Source: Actinomycetes bacterium (GTDB lineage Bacteria > Actinomycetota > Actinomycetes > S36-B12 > UBA5976). From it: 36,858 nt of DNA. Where the stretch lies: the NCBI GenBank assembly GCA_046086025.1, contig JBJSWT010000046.1:1-36858 (forward strand), in the 5' to 3' direction. The position numbers were made by a program, and so were the translations under genes. Of the stretch, positions 18,460 through 29,805 are shown piece by piece. How positions within the stretch are numbered: the first letter of the stretch is position 1; the number at the start of each line of letters is the position of its first letter. The notes under the pieces were generated by a model. It searched no databases and was not told where the DNA came from. It was given only the letters and a program-made list of their open reading frames with translations.

Positions 18460-19895
18460 TATTTTCCTGCCTTTAAATAAGGTTCTAAACCGTGACGGCC
18501 ACCTTCTCGGCCATAACCAGATTCTTTATAACCACCAAAAGGACTTGTTGGATCAAATTTATTAAAGGTATTTGCCCAAATAACACCTGCTCTTAATCTG
18601 TGAGCTACTTCTAGAATTCGGGAACCTTTTTCTGTCCAAATTCCAGCACTTAAACCATATGGAGTGTTATTTGCTTTTTCAATTGCTTCATCAGGAGTTC
18701 TAAAAGTTAGAACACTTAAAACTGGTCCAAATATTTCTTCACGAGCAATTCGATGAGATAAAGAAACATTTGTAAATACAGTTGGTGCAAACCAAAATCC
18801 TTTATTTGGAATTTCACAAGGAGCAGACCATATTTGAGCCCCTTCTTTAGTTCCAGATTCTGCTAGTTCTTTAATTTTTTGTAATTGACCTGAAGAATTA
18901 ATTGCTCCTACATCAGTATTTTTATCTAAAGGATCTCCAAGTCTTAAAGTTTTCATTCGTTGATACAGCAGATCTAGGAAATTATCAGCAATTGATTCTT
19001 GTAACAATAATCTTGAACCAGCGCAACAAACATGTCCTTGATTAAAAAATATTCCGTTGACCACACCTTCAACTGCTTGGTCCATTGCAGCATCATCAAA
19101 AATTATGTTGGCAGCTTTTCCACCTAATTCAAGTGTTACTTTTTTATTAGTTCCTGCAACACTTTGAGCAATTAGTCTTCCAACTTCGGTGGAGCCCGTG
19201 AATGCAATTTTGTCTATATCTGGATGGTCAACTAAATATTTACCAGTTTCACCAGCGCCAGTAACAATATTTACAACTCCGTCTGGAAGTTCTGCCTGTT
19301 GGCAAATTTCTGCAAATAAAAGTGCAGTTAGAGGTGTAGTTTCTGAAGGTTTTAAAACGACTGTGTTTCCGGCGGCAAGTGCGGGAGCAATTTTCCATGA
19401 AAGCATAAGTAATGGAAAGTTCCAAGGAATAATTTGTCCAGCAACACCAAGTGGGGAGGGATTTTTTCCTAAACCAGCATGATCTAATTTGTCAGCCCAA
19501 CCTGCATAGTGAAAGAAATGTGCTGCAACTAAAGGAATATCAATATCTCTACTTTCCCTGATTGGTTTTCCGTTGTTCATTGATTCTAAAACGGCTAATT
19601 CGCGAGATCTTTCTTGAATAATTCTTGCTAAACGAAATAAATATTTTCCTCTTTGACTACCGGTCAACTTAGACCAAGTTCTAAAAACTTTTCTTGCTGA
19701 TCTAACTGCCAAATCGACATCTTGTTGACTAGCTTCAATAATTTCAGCTAAAACTTCTTCAGTTGCAGGATTTATTGTTTTATAAGTTTTACCACCGATT
19801 GATTTAATAAATTTTCCGCCAATAAATAGTTGATAATTATTTTTTAAATCAACTATTTTTGTTGATTCAGGAGCAGGTGCATATTCAAAAACCAT
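18459..19895 (-). CDS. Aldehyde dehydrogenase, probably oxidising acetaldehyde from DeoC
   Basis: PWNFP, KPSE, FTGST, LELGGK, FNQGHVCCAG, EEIFGP and FGGYKESG motifs. Confidence 0.93.
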   Translation of the reverse strand: MVFEYAPAPESTKIVDLKNNYQLFIGGKFIKSIGGKTYKTINPATEEVLAEIIEASQQDVDLAVRSARKVFRTWSKLTGSQRGKYLFRLARIIQERSRELAVLESMNNGKPIRESRDIDIPLVAAHFFHYAGWADKLDHAGLGKNPSPLGVAGQIIPWNFPLLMLSWKIAPALAAGNTVVLKPSETTPLTALLFAEICQQAELPDGVVNIVTGAGETGKYLVDHPDIDKIAFTGSTEVGRLIAQSVAGTNKKVTLELGGKAANIIFDDAAMDQAVEGVVNGIFFNQGHVCCAGSRLLLQESIADNFLDLLYQRMKTLRLGDPLDKNTDVGAINSSGQLQKIKELAESGTKEGAQIWSAPCEIPNKGFWFAPTVFTNVSLSHRIAREEIFGPVLSVLTFRTPDEAIEKANNTPYGLSAGIWTEKGSRILEVAHRLRAGVIWANTFNKFDPTSPFGGYKESGYGREGGRHGLEPYLKAGK

Positions 19896-19896
19896 A

Positions 19897-20859
19897 TTAA
19901 TCTACCGTCACATAATCTGGTCCAGAATAAGAACCAGTTTTTAGTTTTTGTCTTTGCATTAAAAGATCATTCAATAAACTCGAAGCACCAAATCTAAATA
20001 AATCTGGAGTAAGCCATCTATCGCCCAAAGTTTCTTTTACTAAAACTAAATATTTCATTGCATCTTTAGTAGTTTTAATTCCTCCAGCAGGTTTCATGCC
20101 AATAATTTTTCCGGTAGCTCTTTCAAATTCATTTATTGCTTGAAGCATCACAAGTGTTACAGGCAAAGTTGCTGCAGGTTGAACTTTTCCAGTTGATGTT
20201 TTTATAAAGTCAGCACCCGCAAGCATTGCAATCCAAGAAGCTTTTTTTATGTTGTCGTAAGTTTTTAATTCACCAGTCTCAAGAATTACTTTTAAATGAG
20301 CACTTTTACATGCTTCTTTGATGGTAAGAATTTGTTCATAAATATCAAAGAATCTTCCCTCATGAAATGCTCCACGATCGATAACCATGTCGATTTCATC
20401 TGCTCCTTGAGAAACAGCATCATTTGTATCTTGTAATTTTGCAGCTAAAGAAACTCTTCCTGCAGGAAATCCTGTTGCAACAGCTGCAACCTTAATATTT
20501 GTGCCAGTTAAGTTTTCTTTTGCAATTGATACTAAATCACTATAAACACAAACCGCTGCAACACTTGGAACAGAATTATCTAATGGATCTGGTCTTCTTG
20601 CTTTTGCACAAAGAGTTTTAACTTTGCCTTTTGTGTCCATTCCTTCAAGTGTTGTTAAATCAATCATTCGAATTGAAAGATCAATTCCTTCTTTTTTTGC
20701 AGTGGTTTTAATTGATCTAGTTGCTAATTTGGCAGCTCTTTCTTCAACGCCCACTTTGTCAACACCGGAAAGCCCATTTAGAAATTTTTTCAGAGACTCT
20801 TCATTTTTTGTCGCATCACTTAGAAGGCTGGGAAGTTGCGTTAAGTAATTAGTGCTCAC
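19897..20859 (-). CDS. deoC: Deoxyribose-phosphate aldolase (long type)
   Basis: IDLTTL, ADEIDMV, KVILETGEL, FIKTSTGK, KPAGG and RFGASSL motifs; TACGCT-N6-GTG leaderless start. Confidence 0.96.
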   Translation of the reverse strand: MSTNYLTQLPSLLSDATKNEESLKKFLNGLSGVDKVGVEERAAKLATRSIKTTAKKEGIDLSIRMIDLTTLEGMDTKGKVKTLCAKARRPDPLDNSVPSVAAVCVYSDLVSIAKENLTGTNIKVAAVATGFPAGRVSLAAKLQDTNDAVSQGADEIDMVIDRGAFHEGRFFDIYEQILTIKEACKSAHLKVILETGELKTYDNIKKASWIAMLAGADFIKTSTGKVQPAATLPVTLVMLQAINEFERATGKIIGMKPAGGIKTTKDAMKYLVLVKETLGDRWLTPDLFRFGASSLLNDLLMQRQKLKTGSYSGPDYVTVD

Positions 20860-20888
20860 AGCCCTAGCGTATCCAATGGCTTATTTAG

Positions 20889-22520
20889 TCAGTATTTGCT
20901 GAGTAATTCTTGCATTTTTTCGGCTAGTTTATTAATTCTTTGGTTAGCTTTTTCTAAATTAATATCAACATCTCCTGCAGAAGTAAATACTTCTAAATAA
21001 CACTTTAATTTAGGTTCAGTGCCACTTGGGCGAATTATCATTCTTCCATTATTGAAAGTTAAGCGAACTCCAGAAGAAGCAGGAAGATTATCTATACCTT
21101 TATTCATATCCTCAACTTTTTCAATTACAAATTCATCTATTTCTTTTGGAGCATTAGTTGTCAATTTGATTGTTATATCTTTTGCTTTTTCAACCGAATC
21201 AAACCTAAAACTTACCTGTTTGGTTACATGTACTCCGTAGTCTTCATAAATTTCATTCAAAATATCTGTTGCTTCTAAGTTTTGTCTTTTTAGATATGAA
21301 AATAATTCGACTAGTAAAAGTGCTGTTGCCACACCATCTTTATCTTTGACAAATTCTGGATCTACACAATAGCCAATTGCTTCTTCATAACCAAAAATTA
21401 AATTTTCAATATGACCCATCCATTTAACACCGGTAAGAGTGGTAGTTCCAGTTAATAAATTATTTTTAGCCATTTTTGGCACTAAGGAACTTGAAACAAT
21501 TGAAGCTGCAATTTTTCCAGATAATTTCTTATTTTCTAATTCTGCTTTTTTTAATATCCACCAAGTGATTAGATAACCAATTTCATCTCCAGTTAAAACC
21601 TTCCAATTTCCTTTATCTTTAACTGCTAAAGCACACCTGTCGGCATCTGGATCATTTGCAATTGCGATATCGGCATTTTTTGATTTTGCAAGAGCAAGCA
21701 ATAAATCCATTGCTCCCTTTTCTTCAGGATTTGGAAAAGAAACGGTGGGAAAATCTGGATTTGGTTTAGTTTGTTCCAAAACATCAAATGATTTAGAAAA
21801 TCCTACTTTTTTCATACATCTATCAAATGTTTCTTGACCAACGCCATGCATAGGAGTATAAGCAACTTTTAAATCGCCATATTTATTTGAGATAACTTGA
21901 GATATTCTTTCGACATATTCCTCAACTAGATCAATTTGATTGTAATTATTTGACTTTTTAATTTCATCTGCAAAAGGAGCAAGTTTTATTAAGGATGCAA
22001 TTTCTTTATCCATGGGAGGAATAATTCCTGCACCAAATTCATCATAAACTTTGTAACCATTATCTAAAGGAGGATTATGCGATGCAGTAATCATGACACC
22101 GGCATCTGCTTTAATGTGTCTTACTCCAAAAGCTAAAACTGGAGTAGGAATTTTTGTAGGTAATTTATAAACTTCAAGACCTAAGCTTGCAGCAACTTGG
22201 CAAACATCATGTGCAAATTCATCAGACATATGTCTTGCATCATTACCAACAATTAATTTAGGTTTTTTATTTGGATATTTTTTGATTAAGTATTGGCATA
22301 ATCCATAAGTGGCTCTTATAACAACTGCTCTATTCATTCTGGATTGACCAGGACCAATTTCTGCTCTTAAGCCGGCAGTGCCAAACTCTAAGTCGCCTGA
22401 AAATATTTTGTTTAATTCAACTAAATTGTTATCTTCTATTAATTTTAAAATTATATTTTTAGTATTTGCATCAGGATCATGTTCTGCCCAGGATTTAGCT
22501 AAATGAATAACATCTGACAT
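20889..22520 (-). CDS. Alpha-D-phosphohexomutase family enzyme, probably acting as phosphopentomutase
   Basis: FGTAGLR, TASHNP, DPDADR, GYEE and RPSGTEPK motifs; located between PNP and deoC. Confidence 0.9.
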   Translation of the reverse strand: MSDVIHLAKSWAEHDPDANTKNIILKLIEDNNLVELNKIFSGDLEFGTAGLRAEIGPGQSRMNRAVVIRATYGLCQYLIKKYPNKKPKLIVGNDARHMSDEFAHDVCQVAASLGLEVYKLPTKIPTPVLAFGVRHIKADAGVMITASHNPPLDNGYKVYDEFGAGIIPPMDKEIASLIKLAPFADEIKKSNNYNQIDLVEEYVERISQVISNKYGDLKVAYTPMHGVGQETFDRCMKKVGFSKSFDVLEQTKPNPDFPTVSFPNPEEKGAMDLLLALAKSKNADIAIANDPDADRCALAVKDKGNWKVLTGDEIGYLITWWILKKAELENKKLSGKIAASIVSSSLVPKMAKNNLLTGTTTLTGVKWMGHIENLIFGYEEAIGYCVDPEFVKDKDGVATALLLVELFSYLKRQNLEATDILNEIYEDYGVHVTKQVSFRFDSVEKAKDITIKLTTNAPKEIDEFVIEKVEDMNKGIDNLPASSGVRLTFNNGRMIIRPSGTEPKLKCYLEVFTSAGDVDINLEKANQRINKLAEKMQELLSKY

Positions 22521-23318
22521 TTAAATTTTTTCAATTACTTTCTTTAATAAATTACCCATTTTTGTAGCAGAAGCTAAACCTGCAGCTAACACTTCTTCGT
22601 GATTTAATCTTTCTTTAGTTAAGCCAGCACCAGGATTTGTAACTAACGAAATTCCCAAAACTTCAGCATTAGCTTCTCTTGCCGCAATTGCTTCAAGGGC
22701 TGTTGACATCCCAACCATGTCGCCACCAATTTTAATTGCCATTTGTACTTCAGCTGGAGTTTCATATTGGGGTCCATGAAATTGAACATAAACACCTTCA
22801 TTTAATGAAGGTTCAATTTCTTTAGCAATATTTCTTAATCTTTGCGAATAAACTTCACTAACATCTAAGAATCTTGCTCCAATTAATGGAGTTGCTCCAG
22901 TTAAATTTATGTGATCTTTTATGAGAACTGGGGTTCCAGGTTTCCATTCCAATCGAAGTCCACCGCAAGCATTAGTCAAAATTACAGTTTTAACTCCATG
23001 ATTTATTGCAGTTCTAACTGCATGAACTACTGCAGGTACACCTTTTCCTTCGTAATAATGGGTTCTACCCATTTGGACCAAAACATTTTTATTGCCAATT
23101 TTTACACTTCTTAATTTTCCGCTATGGCCTTCAACTGAAGGGGCAGAAAATCCTGGCAGTTTTGAAACTGAAATTTCAAATTGCGCTTTCCCTAAAGCAT
23201 CTGCAGCTGGTGTCCAGCCAGAACCTAATACAACAAGGACCTCATGATTTGAAACATTTGTTAACTTAGTTAACTCTTGTGCAGATTGTTTAGCTAATTC
23301 ATAAGGATCTTGGCTCAC
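22521..23318 (-). CDS. punA: Purine-nucleoside phosphorylase (trimeric, inosine/guanosine type)
   Basis: VLGSG, GRTHYYEG, GPQYETPAE, VGMST and VTN motifs; TAGCGT-N6-GTG leaderless start. Confidence 0.94.
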   Translation of the reverse strand: MSQDPYELAKQSAQELTKLTNVSNHEVLVVLGSGWTPAADALGKAQFEISVSKLPGFSAPSVEGHSGKLRSVKIGNKNVLVQMGRTHYYEGKGVPAVVHAVRTAINHGVKTVILTNACGGLRLEWKPGTPVLIKDHINLTGATPLIGARFLDVSEVYSQRLRNIAKEIEPSLNEGVYVQFHGPQYETPAEVQMAIKIGGDMVGMSTALEAIAAREANAEVLGISLVTNPGAGLTKERLNHEEVLAAGLASATKMGNLLKKVIEKI

Positions 23319-23368
23319 ATAGTCACGCTACTACAACTAATTCTTTTAATAAATGTTGTAGATACTTA

Positions 23369-24165
<797 letters not shown>

Positions 24166-25197
24166 TTACTTTAACTCCATCTTGTGTAGTTGTCTTATTT
24201 TTTCTTTAATTCTTTCAATACTTGGGACTACTGTTTGTTCCAATACTGGAGTAACTGGTAGAGGTACATCATAGGCAGCAATTCTTTGTACTGGTGCTTT
24301 TAGTTTGGAGAAACAGTTTTGTGAAATTAAGGCAGCAACTTCAGCTCCCCAGCCACCTGTAAAAGTATCCTCGTGGGCTATTAAAGCTTTACCTGTTTTA
24401 TTTACTGACTCATAAATAGTTTTGGTGTCTAGGGGAAGTAAAGAAACTGGATCTATAACTTCACATTCGATTCCTTCAATTTTAAGTTCTTCTGCAGCTG
24501 CAAGACATCTGTATAAAGTTAAATGAGTTGAAATTATTGTCAGAGAATTTCCATCTCTTTTTTTCAGTGCTTTTCCAATGGGAAATAAATACTCTTCTTC
24601 AGGAACTTCAGCAGTTAAATCCATACCACCTGCAGATTCTCTACCTTTACTTCCATAAAGCAACTTATGTTCAAAGACAATTACTGGATCATCATCTCTG
24701 ATGGCACTTTTCATGATGCCTTTTGCAACATATGCATCAGAAGGGCAAACTACTTTTAAACCAGGAACATGTATGAAATAACTTTCTGGAGATTGACCAT
24801 GTTGGGCACCTCTATTAGCAGTGCCAACAGGGCAGCGAAGGGTCAAAGGTACTTTTAATTTTCCACCCGACATATATCTCATCTTTGCTGCTTGGTTAAC
24901 AATTTCATCCATACATTCAAAAATAAAATCTGAATATTGTAAATCTGGAATAGGTCTCATTCCCATTAATGCAGCACCCACAGATGTTCCAATAATTGCT
25001 TTTTCACTAATTGGGGTATCAATAATTCTTTCGTGGCCAAATTTTTCAGGTAATCCTAAATAAACTCCAAAAGCACCACCAAAACCACCAGGAATTCCAA
25101 TATCTTCACCAATGAGAAATACATTTTCATCTCTTTGCATTTCTTCTGCAATTGCTTCTCTTATTGCTTCACCAATTCCAATTCTTCGTGTGGTCAT
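24166..25197 (-). CDS. ThDP-dependent dehydrogenase E1 beta subunit (AcoB/PdhB-like)
   Basis: GEDI, DTPISE, NQAAK, AQH.QS, PGLKVV and FEHK motifs. Confidence 0.92.
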   Translation of the reverse strand: MTTRRIGIGEAIREAIAEEMQRDENVFLIGEDIGIPGGFGGAFGVYLGLPEKFGHERIIDTPISEKAIIGTSVGAALMGMRPIPDLQYSDFIFECMDEIVNQAAKMRYMSGGKLKVPLTLRCPVGTANRGAQHGQSPESYFIHVPGLKVVCPSDAYVAKGIMKSAIRDDDPVIVFEHKLLYGSKGRESAGGMDLTAEVPEEEYLFPIGKALKKRDGNSLTIISTHLTLYRCLAAAEELKIEGIECEVIDPVSLLPLDTKTIYESVNKTGKALIAHEDTFTGGWGAEVAALISQNCFSKLKAPVQRIAAYDVPLPVTPVLEQTVVPSIERIKEKIRQLHKMELK

Positions 25198-26213
25198 TAT
25201 TTTTGAACCTCAGTTGGTGAACTCATGTCTGAGGCATACGCATCAATAAAGGCATCTTCAGCTTTTGGAAATGGTGATTGTTGCGCAAATACCACTGCAT
25301 CATCAATTTCTTCTTGAATATTCTTAACAATTAATGCAAAAGCTTCATTATCAATTAAGTTATTTTCGATAAGGGAATCTTTCATCCGATCTATGGGATC
25401 AAGTGTTCTCCAGTAGTCTTCCTCTTCTTTAGTTCTATATTTTTTAGCGTCACCTCTGCTGTGACCTGCAAAGCGATATGTTTTAGCTTCAATCAAGATC
25501 GGTCCTGAACCATTTGCAATGGCATCTCTTGCTTCTTTCACCGCTAAATAAACTTCAACCACATTCATGCCATCAACAATTTTTGAAGTCATGCCATAAC
25601 TACCTACTCTGTCAGCCACATTTTCCACAAGAGTGGTTTTGTTATAAGCAGTTGAGGCACCGTAAATATTGTTTTCGCACACATAAATAATTGGTAATTT
25701 TTGAATTGCTGCAAGATTTAATCCCTCATGAAACGCACCTTCATTTGTGGCACCTTCACCAAAAAAACATGCAGCAACTTGTTTAGTGTTTTTCATTTTG
25801 AAAGCTAAACCAACTCCAGTAACAATGCTTACTCCACCTGCCACAATTGCAATTGCTGGAAGCATTCCAACTTCAGGATCACCCAGATGCATGGATCCAC
25901 CTTTTCCTTTACAGCATCCAGTTTCTTTGCCATAAAGTTCTGCCATTGCAGAACGCATCGAAACACCTTTTGCGATGGCGTGTCCATGTGGTCGATGAGT
26001 TGAAGTAATCCAATCTGTTTTATTTAATGCTGTGCAAACACCAACAGCAACTGCTTCTTGGCCTTGGTATTGATGAATTGTTCCAGGAAGTTCACCTTTT
26101 AAAAATAATTGATAAACTTTATCTTCAAATTTTCTAAGTCTTATAACGTCTGTGAAAAGAGAAATTAATAATTCTTTGTCTAAATTATTTAAATTAATGG
26201 ATCTTTCAACCAT
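25197..26213 (-). CDS. ThDP-dependent dehydrogenase E1 alpha subunit (AcoA/PdhA-like)
   Basis: GQEA, STHRPHGH, GKGGSMH, GEG...ENN ThDP motif and TYRFAGHS. Confidence 0.92.
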   Translation of the reverse strand: MVERSINLNNLDKELLISLFTDVIRLRKFEDKVYQLFLKGELPGTIHQYQGQEAVAVGVCTALNKTDWITSTHRPHGHAIAKGVSMRSAMAELYGKETGCCKGKGGSMHLGDPEVGMLPAIAIVAGGVSIVTGVGLAFKMKNTKQVAACFFGEGATNEGAFHEGLNLAAIQKLPIIYVCENNIYGASTAYNKTTLVENVADRVGSYGMTSKIVDGMNVVEVYLAVKEARDAIANGSGPILIEAKTYRFAGHSRGDAKKYRTKEEEDYWRTLDPIDRMKDSLIENNLIDNEAFALIVKNIQEEIDDAVVFAQQSPFPKAEDAFIDAYASDMSSPTEVQK

Positions 26214-27109
26214 TATTTTGCTTTCCCATTTGATCCATAAAGGTGAATAAATTTTTTAACATTTCTTTTTATTCCAACTTTTCCTTGCTCTAAGAAATCT
26301 TTTTCTTTATGTGAACCTACAATATCGTGAATAAATGGTTCAGGTTCTAAACCTAAAACATACTTTCTAACTTCATTAAAAAAGTCAGTTTTCAACCTTG
26401 TGCCGACATTAAATTTTGAGACTCCATTTTCAATAGATGATTTTATTTGATCATCTGGAAAACCCGTTCCACCATGAACAGCAATGGGAATATCAACTTG
26501 TTTCTTAATCTCTTTTAATCTTTCAATATTAATATTTGCACTACCTTTGGTTAATAGATGCACATTGCCAATAGCAACTGCCAAACAATCGATTCCTGTT
26601 TCTTCAACAAATTGTTTTGCTTCAAGAGGATCTGTCATATAAGAATGGGCGTCTACTATTTCACCTCCAAGATAATCAGGCAAACTTCCAAATTCAGCTT
26701 CAACTTCCACATTATTTTTATGAGATTCTTCAACTAATTTTTTAACTGCTTTTTTAGCATCTTCAACTGGCCATCTATGACTATCAATCATGACCGTATT
26801 AAATCCAACTTCAATTCCTTTTAAGGCTTGCTCTAGCGTGTGAGTTTCATTAAGTAAAAAAGCAACTGGTACTGAACATTTTTCTAACATGGCTTTTCCA
26901 CTTGCACCCAAGAAGGAAATACCTGTTTTATTTAGCCAATTGTCTTCCAACATTGTGGCCCCAAAGCCCATGATGATGGGAGATTTTTCTTCTTCAGCAG
27001 TTTCTAAAATGGCTTCAAACGAATAACTATCCCAGCTTTCAAAATATCCAACTGCATATTTATTTTTTGCAGCATCGTTTAGAAGAGTTGACATTGAAAC
27101 TAAAGTCAT
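26213..27109 (-). CDS. Class II fructose/tagatose-bisphosphate aldolase family protein with atypical active site
   Basis: VMID, VEAEFG, TDP.EA, LAVAIGNVH, VHGGTG and KFNVGT motifs are present. The HLDH motif is replaced by LLNE. Confidence 0.88.
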   Translation of the reverse strand: MTLVSMSTLLNDAAKNKYAVGYFESWDSYSFEAILETAEEEKSPIIMGFGATMLEDNWLNKTGISFLGASGKAMLEKCSVPVAFLLNETHTLEQALKGIEVGFNTVMIDSHRWPVEDAKKAVKKLVEESHKNNVEVEAEFGSLPDYLGGEIVDAHSYMTDPLEAKQFVEETGIDCLAVAIGNVHLLTKGSANINIERLKEIKKQVDIPIAVHGGTGFPDDQIKSSIENGVSKFNVGTRLKTDFFNEVRKYVLGLEPEPFIHDIVGSHKEKDFLEQGKVGIKRNVKKFIHLYGSNGKAK

Positions 27110-27110
27110 A

Positions 27111-28094
27111 TCAATTAATAACTTTCAACTTTTGCATTTCTACTTGAGCTTTTGATCTACTAAAAAGGGTTGTGTTACAGCCTAATCCTTGGCAAACAGA
27201 TGCTCCTAAGACTGCTCCAAATTTTAAAGATTCAGTTAAAGGCCAAGATTCACTTATTCCTATAGCCATACCTGCAGTAAAAGCATCTCCTGCACCTGAA
27301 CCGTCAACAAAATCAATTTCGTAAGGTTCTATTCGAAAAAATTCTTTTGAATCTCTATATATGACGCCATTAGTTCCACAAGTAATTGCAGCAGCATTTA
27401 CACCCCAATCTAGAAAACATTTAGATTGCTCTTGGGGATTTTCAATTCCAGTAAGAACTTCTGCTTCGTCATCATTGGGAAAGAAATAATCTACATATGG
27501 TAGGACATCTTGAACTTTTTCAACTAGTTTAGTTTCATCACTTGAAATCGCGATATCTAAAATAATTGTGTAATTTTGTTTCTTTAAATTTTTTAGCAAT
27601 TGAGCTAATTCCTTTGATTCAATCTTAGGCATCAATAAATATCCACCAAGAATAAAGATTTTAGAATCGTTTGTGAATAAGTAATTATTTATTCCACTTT
27701 CTAAATTAGCTACATTAAAATCTGCATTTGCTCCAAAATAATGGATATATCTACGATCTTGATTTTGAACAGGAATAATTATTGTTTGTGAAGTGGAAGA
27801 ATTTTGAGATTTAAAAATTGCATTTGTATTGATGTGCTCATTTATTAAAGAATCAATTAAATTTTTTCCCATGGAATCATTTCCAACCATGCCGATGATT
27901 CCTGTTTTTTTGCCTAAACGAGAAAGTGCAATTGCGGTATTAGCAGCACAACCTCCAACTTGATGAATTGGTTCACCCATTTTTAAAAGCTCACCTTCGT
28001 GAGGCAGTCGAGATAAAGGTGGTAAAAAAATGTCAGAAACAATAATTCCGGCACAAATAATTTCTAGATTTTTTTGGCCAGAATCTGATTGCAT
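27111..28094 (-). CDS. PfkB family carbohydrate kinase
   Basis: GGCAANTA, FFPNDDEA and DGSGAGDAF motifs. The track TTG start at 28130 coincides with the -35 box, so ATG 28094 is preferred. Confidence 0.9.
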   Translation of the reverse strand: MQSDSGQKNLEIICAGIIVSDIFLPPLSRLPHEGELLKMGEPIHQVGGCAANTAIALSRLGKKTGIIGMVGNDSMGKNLIDSLINEHINTNAIFKSQNSSTSQTIIIPVQNQDRRYIHYFGANADFNVANLESGINNYLFTNDSKIFILGGYLLMPKIESKELAQLLKNLKKQNYTIILDIAISSDETKLVEKVQDVLPYVDYFFPNDDEAEVLTGIENPQEQSKCFLDWGVNAAAITCGTNGVIYRDSKEFFRIEPYEIDFVDGSGAGDAFTAGMAIGISESWPLTESLKFGAVLGASVCQGLGCNTTLFSRSKAQVEMQKLKVIN

Positions 28095-28130
28095 TTCATC
28101 ACTATAGAAGTTTTTAACAAGTAAGGTCAA
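28095..28130 (-). promoter_or_regulatory. Leaderless sigma-A promoter of the six-gene sugar operon
   Basis: On the minus strand: TTGACC-N18-TATAGT-N6-ATG. Confidence 0.7.
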
Positions 28131-28289
28131 TTAAAAAACAGCGCTTTTGGTAAAGATACAAAATTGAGATTTGGCCTTTATTTGAGTGTTATGAAATGTT
28201 TATGGGTTTGTGATAATCGCAATTTTCCCCACAGTTTTCGACTCACCTAGAGACTAAAAGTGGGACTTTGCTCTATATAAATAGAATGA

Positions 28290-29732
<1,443 letters not shown>

Positions 29733-29747
29733 AAGTATTTATTAATT

Positions 29748-29781
29748 AATTAAGGGCCAGAATTTCTTCTGGCCCTTAATT
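29748..29781. terminator. Bidirectional intrinsic terminator between guaB1 and the NCS2 permease
   Basis: Perfect 15-bp inverted repeat AATTAAGGGCCAGAA-TTTC-TTCTGGCCCTTAATT followed by a T run, between convergent genes. Confidence 0.88.
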
Positions 29782-29805
29782 TTTACCCTAGGTAAATAAC
29801 GACTT

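Noticed and set aside
25730-25775. GEG instead of GDG in the E1 alpha ThDP motif
   Set aside because: GEG occurs in functional E1 alpha subunits such as branched-chain ketoacid dehydrogenase.
28131-28289. LacI-like AGCGCT site and a CCCAC/GTGGG fold upstream of guaB1 (possible riboswitch)
   Set aside because: The symmetry is short and imperfect. A TAGAAT box just before the guaB1 start suggests this region is not in its transcript.
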